DNA from: Myxococcota bacterium
Lineage (GTDB): Bacteria; Myxococcota_A; Polyangia; Nannocystales; Nannocystaceae
Length of the DNA: 64,000 nt
Assembly: GCA_039194325.1 (NCBI GenBank)
Contig: JBCCWC010000008.1
Location: 76,019-140,018, forward strand
Direction: 5' to 3'
A program made the translations under genes and the position numbers. A model generated the notes under the pieces. That model made no database searches, was not told the DNA's origin, and saw nothing but the letters and a program-made list of their open reading frames with translations. Positions 57,616 through 64,000 of the stretch are shown here, one piece after another (positions within the stretch are counted from its first letter, which is position 1; the number at the start of each line of letters is the position of its first letter).

Positions 57616-58584
57616 CTAGAACCTCCCACTCACGCTCAGCACCACACTGCCATCACGATTGAACGACGGGGTCACCATATTAGCAGCACGGCGTCTGCTC
57701 CGTCTCTTGTCGCTCCCTGTCAGCAGGAACGCAACGCCCGCCACAAACAGGCCTGCGCCTGCCCCGGCAATAATCACACCTGGCGGCCGAAAGGCACGAC
57801 CGTGCTCGAGAAGACTAGCTCTTTCCTCCAGCACCTCGTCCACCGCGATGAACGTCACCCCGGTTGCGATCCCGCTCATCCCCAGAACGATCGCCACCGC
57901 CCCAACCACCGAAGCCGCCTGAGGCCGCTTCTTCACCGGCGTATCATCCACACTCGTCTTCACCGGCGGCGGTTTGGGCTTCACGCGCGGCGCCACGATC
58001 GGCTCTAGCTCCGGCTCGATCTGCAGCAGGACCGACGCCTTCTCCAGCTCCACGCTCAGCTTCTCGAGCAGCTCTTCGTTCGAGCACTCACAGGTCCACT
58101 CGGACGGCTCCGGCATCTCCTCGTCTTCGGGATAGGCGGTAATCCGGATCGAGTAGTCATAGAGCTCCCCGCTAACGTCGACGCGAAGCTTCCCTCGGCG
58201 CGGATACTCAGAAGGAGACTCGGCAAGAGTGTCCTGCGTGCCCGTCTCGATCCACTCGGTGAGCTCATCGGCCTTGACGATCCCAGAAGCGACATGCACC
58301 TCGACCTCGACCTGGTCATCCAACGCCGCCCCTTCGAGTCCAGCTCCAGACGTCTCATCGGCCTCAGCTCCAGACGTCTCGCTGGCCTCAGCTCCAGACC
58401 CAGGCTCCTCATCGGGCTCGACCACCAACTCCGTGTCAGCCCCAGCCCCTACCGCCTCGTCCATCTCCGCCAGCCGATGCACCACCCCCGCCCTAACAAC
58501 CGGAGCAGCCCCCCCCACCGCCAATGCAACCCCCACGGCACAAACGCGCCGCGCCGCGCACCCGACCCAAGCAGTATTCTGCAT
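57616..58584 (-). CDS. Secreted DY...CxC protein 3 (hypothetical), ends in GRF
   Basis: Signal peptide; YDYSIRI...CECSNEELL; Gly-rich hairpin; C-terminus VVLSVSGRF. Confidence 0.8.
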   Translation of the reverse strand: MQNTAWVGCAARRVCAVGVALAVGGAAPVVRAGVVHRLAEMDEAVGAGADTELVVEPDEEPGSGAEASETSGAEADETSGAGLEGAALDDQVEVEVHVASGIVKADELTEWIETGTQDTLAESPSEYPRRGKLRVDVSGELYDYSIRITAYPEDEEMPEPSEWTCECSNEELLEKLSVELEKASVLLQIEPELEPIVAPRVKPKPPPVKTSVDDTPVKKRPQAASVVGAVAIVLGMSGIATGVTFIAVDEVLEERASLLEHGRAFRPPGVIIAGAGAGLFVAGVAFLLTGSDKRRSRRRAANMVTPSFNRDGSVVLSVSGRF

Positions 58585-58608
58585 CCCTCTTAACCTCCTG
58601 TCAGTCAG

Positions 58609-61068
58609 TCAGCCCAGCCTCTTTTGGCACCAACGAACCCGAGGTGCGATCTCCCGATCGGAGCTGTTGCCCCCCTCTTTGGTGCACTTCTCAAAGTTCC
58701 CGAGCTCGGCGTATGCCTCGACCCGTAAGCGACGACGCTCGATCTTGTACGGCCCGAACCAGCAGGGTCGTTTCGAGGTCATCTTGAGCACTTCCTTCCA
58801 GTTGCGGCGGGTCTTGGCGGTCGTCGCCTTCGCCCGCATCACCTCACATTCAACCTTGTCGATCTTCGGGCGACGCTTGGCGGCGGACTCCGGTTTCTCC
58901 AACTCGCTCGGATCTCGACCTTGCGCCCCACCGATCGGTGCGACCGCGGGCTGCCTCGCCTTGCCACCACCGCCCTTCGAATCAGCATCGTTCGAGGCGA
59001 GCCTTTCACCGCGAGGAGCCCCTGGCTCACCGGCTGACTCTTCGTTCACGCCCGCCGCGCCAGGCGTTGCCCCATCGCCGAGGCTACGCTCAAGATCGGT
59101 CCTAGGTGCCACCACGATCGGCTCGCGCATCTCACTCGACTCGCCCGGATCCTCTGGCTCCACGCGCCCCAACAACCACCAGACGACCGCTCCGATGAGC
59201 GGGATCAACAGCAACAGCACCATCCATCCCCGACGAGGCTTGAAGTCGTCGTCCAGGTCTTCGTCGTTCACGGAGGGCGTCACGACCCCCAACGTCGGCC
59301 CCGGTGGAGGTACCGGCATGGGCGCAACGCCCGACCCACCGATCTCCGCCGAAGGATCCCTAAAGCTCGGTCCGAGCGAGCTCGCGGCCGCGCCTGCGGT
59401 GGCGGCTGCACCGGCCGCCGCGCTCGGCATCGCCGCATGGGCCCCGGACGCGAGCACATTCGATGCTTGTGCCTGCCCACCGACGGCCCCGTCGCCGGAC
59501 TCACGCCAAGCCGCCGCAGGGTGTGACGTCGACCCGCCCGATTCACCTCTAGAGTCGCGAGGCACGACGGCACCGGACTCCGCCTCCACCCCGCCCGCAG
59601 TGCCCAAGCCTGCCGCTCGAGCTTCGCCCGATGCCACCGGCACCGCAGCGACCTGAGTTCCACCGGTAGCCCGAGCCCCACCCGGCGTCACCGCACCCGC
59701 AGCAGCCTGAGCCCCACCCGGCGTCACCGCACCCGCCGCCTGCGCTCCACCAACACTCGGCGTTCCAACACTCGGCGCTCCAACACTCGGCGCTCCAACA
59801 CTCGGCGTTCCAACCCCCGCTGCTCCGCCAACCCCTGCCGCTCCGCCAACCCCCGGCGTCACCGCCCCCGCCGCCTGAGCTCCGCCCAGCGCCCCCGCCG
59901 ACGCTGTCGCCCCCGCGATCACCACACTCGGCCCTCTGGGCGCACCCGGCTCCCCCCCGGGCCCCGCCACATTCGCCGCCGGTACTTCCGCGCTATCGGC
60001 CCGCTGGATCGTCCCCGAGACGGTCAGCACTTCCTCGTGCGTCATCGCGACCTCGGTCCCCCCCGTGCGTGCCACCGCCTCTTCGAGCCCGTCGACCTCC
60101 GACTGCGGCGTCACCAGCGTCCCGCTCGGCGTCCGAATGGGCACATTGTCCGAGCTCTGCCCCAGCTCCCCGCGCTCGATCCTCTGGAGGGTCTTGTTCA
60201 ACCTCGCCACGACCACCGCCGCCGACACGGGCCGCTGCCTCACGTCGGTGCTCATGCACGACCGCACCAACCTCGTCAGCTCACTGGGCACTCCTCGCCG
60301 TAGTGACTCCACCGTCGGCAGCGTCTCGGGCGTCCACCCATCGGGCGGCACGCAGTTCCCGGTCAGCGCCTCATAGAGCACCACCCCCAGCGCATACAGA
60401 TCGATCCTCGGATCCGGCGCCGCCCCAGCCACTTGCTCGGGCGGCATATAGGCCGAGGTCCCCATGATCTCCTCCTGCCCGGCTCCTTCGTCTGCCCCCG
60501 CCCCCGCCCCGTTCCGCAGATCCGCGACGATCCCAAAGTCGACCAGCTTGACGCTCTTGATCTCGTCGTCGGCCACGCCGATCATCACGTTGGCGGGCTT
60601 GAGATCCCGATGGACGAGCTGCTGCTTATGCACCGTGGATAGCCCGTTGGCGATATCCCGACCAACCCGGCACACCTGCGCGACCGACAACCGCTGATCC
60701 TGGTTGCGCTGAAAGTCCAGCAGCTCGTCGAGATCCTCGCCCTCGACCCACTCCATCACGAAGTACCGGCGACCGTCGGCGAGCACGTCGGCCTCGTACA
60801 GCTCGATGACGTTCTCCCCGCCCGAGACCCGCCGCATGGCCTCCGCCTCCTGATCGAAGCGCGCGCAGATCTCGGGCCGATGCACCGTAGACGGCAGCTG
60901 CAGCTTGAGCGCCACGCGGGTCCCGTCCGACGCTCGATCGGCGCGATAGATCGCCGCCATCCCTCCGTCGCGGACCCAGCCGTAGACGACGTAGTCACTC
61001 ACCGCAAAGCCCTTGGGCAAGCGGGCGGGAAGCATGTTGGCGCCGGTGATATCTGAAGCGGATTGCAT
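58609..61068 (-). CDS. Receptor-type Ser/Thr kinase B with TM segment and 4-Cys C-terminal domain
   Basis: DGGMA, VALK, HRDLKPAN, DFG, GTSAYMPPE; TM segment; C-terminus CEVMR...RNW...KRPCW...ELGNFEKC...WC. Confidence 0.92.
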   Translation of the reverse strand: MQSASDITGANMLPARLPKGFAVSDYVVYGWVRDGGMAAIYRADRASDGTRVALKLQLPSTVHRPEICARFDQEAEAMRRVSGGENVIELYEADVLADGRRYFVMEWVEGEDLDELLDFQRNQDQRLSVAQVCRVGRDIANGLSTVHKQQLVHRDLKPANVMIGVADDEIKSVKLVDFGIVADLRNGAGAGADEGAGQEEIMGTSAYMPPEQVAGAAPDPRIDLYALGVVLYEALTGNCVPPDGWTPETLPTVESLRRGVPSELTRLVRSCMSTDVRQRPVSAAVVVARLNKTLQRIERGELGQSSDNVPIRTPSGTLVTPQSEVDGLEEAVARTGGTEVAMTHEEVLTVSGTIQRADSAEVPAANVAGPGGEPGAPRGPSVVIAGATASAGALGGAQAAGAVTPGVGGAAGVGGAAGVGTPSVGAPSVGAPSVGTPSVGGAQAAGAVTPGGAQAAAGAVTPGGARATGGTQVAAVPVASGEARAAGLGTAGGVEAESGAVVPRDSRGESGGSTSHPAAAWRESGDGAVGGQAQASNVLASGAHAAMPSAAAGAAATAGAAASSLGPSFRDPSAEIGGSGVAPMPVPPPGPTLGVVTPSVNDEDLDDDFKPRRGWMVLLLLIPLIGAVVWWLLGRVEPEDPGESSEMREPIVVAPRTDLERSLGDGATPGAAGVNEESAGEPGAPRGERLASNDADSKGGGGKARQPAVAPIGGAQGRDPSELEKPESAAKRRPKIDKVECEVMRAKATTAKTRRNWKEVLKMTSKRPCWFGPYKIERRRLRVEAYAELGNFEKCTKEGGNSSDREIAPRVRWCQKRLG
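59750..59809. repeat. 15-bp tandem repeat x4 in the kinase B linker
   Basis: CCAACACTCGGCG(T/C)T, encoding (T/A)PSVG. Confidence 0.85.
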
Positions 61069-61083
61069 GCTGTCGCTCCTGGG

Positions 61084-63645
<2,562 letters not shown>

Positions 63646-63876
63646 GACGAGGCTCAACTTATCAGAGCCCCCTGCCAACAACCGGCTCAATACGAAGAAT
63701 CGAATCAGCAGATCAGCAAATGACCCAAAGAGTCCGCATACACGAATGTGCATCTACTGATGCCCATATGGCCTACACAGGACATTCGATGACTCAGTGA
63801 ATCACTGATCACCCAATATGACTCGAACGAGCCATTTCTACAGACTCACAACGACCCATGAGCGCCAAATGACCCC

Positions 63877-63917
63877 TACGATCCACATACGATCCACATA
63901 CGATCCACATACGATCC
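63877..63917. repeat. 11-bp tandem repeat (TACGATCCACA x3.7)
   Basis: Read directly upstream of the kinase C operon. Confidence 0.88.
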
Positions 63918-64000
63918 GCGAACGCTCGAACCCCACCCAAACCCACCCCACCCAAACAACCCCCAAAACCCCCCCAACACAAGGGTAGCGGGCGCCCGCC

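Noticed and set aside
63920..64000. C/A-rich tail as a telomere-like or functional repeat
   Set aside because: It is low-complexity without a fixed period and is cut by the window edge, so it cannot be interpreted.

Overview
This is a GC-rich window whose gene content points to a myxobacterium, probably Nannocystales-like; the taxonomy is inferred from six Ser/Thr kinases, Cys-rich repeat lipoproteins, a DUF1592/DUF1552 pair and TIGR02270. I see no rRNA, tRNA, CRISPR array or intact transposase. There are four main blocks. (1) An orphan T6SS effector cassette at 5270-11838 (DUF6484, DUF2169, PRK06147-like, DUF4150/Tox-GHH2 nuclease, two candidate immunity genes, TIGR02270) that lacks vgrG. 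(2) Housekeeping and accessory genes: Prx6, a triple-FKBP protein, cereblon, arfB, an aldehyde dehydrogenase with TetRs, and DegP. (3) A long minus-strand cluster at 31747-46214 that couples a non-RD kinase to an FHA-histidine kinase-REC-Hpt protein. (4) The most novel-looking block, 47514-63645: two convergent, mirror-image operons built from the same three parts. These are receptor kinases sharing a 4-Cys C-terminal domain, secreted 'DY...CxC' proteins with Gly-rich hydrophobic hairpins, and lipoproteins sharing an N-terminal Cys module, with a lower-GC core. Two stand-alone Rpn C-terminal-like ORFs and many triplicated 11-15 bp microrepeats are also present. All family assignments come from motif recognition by eye; no database search was run.
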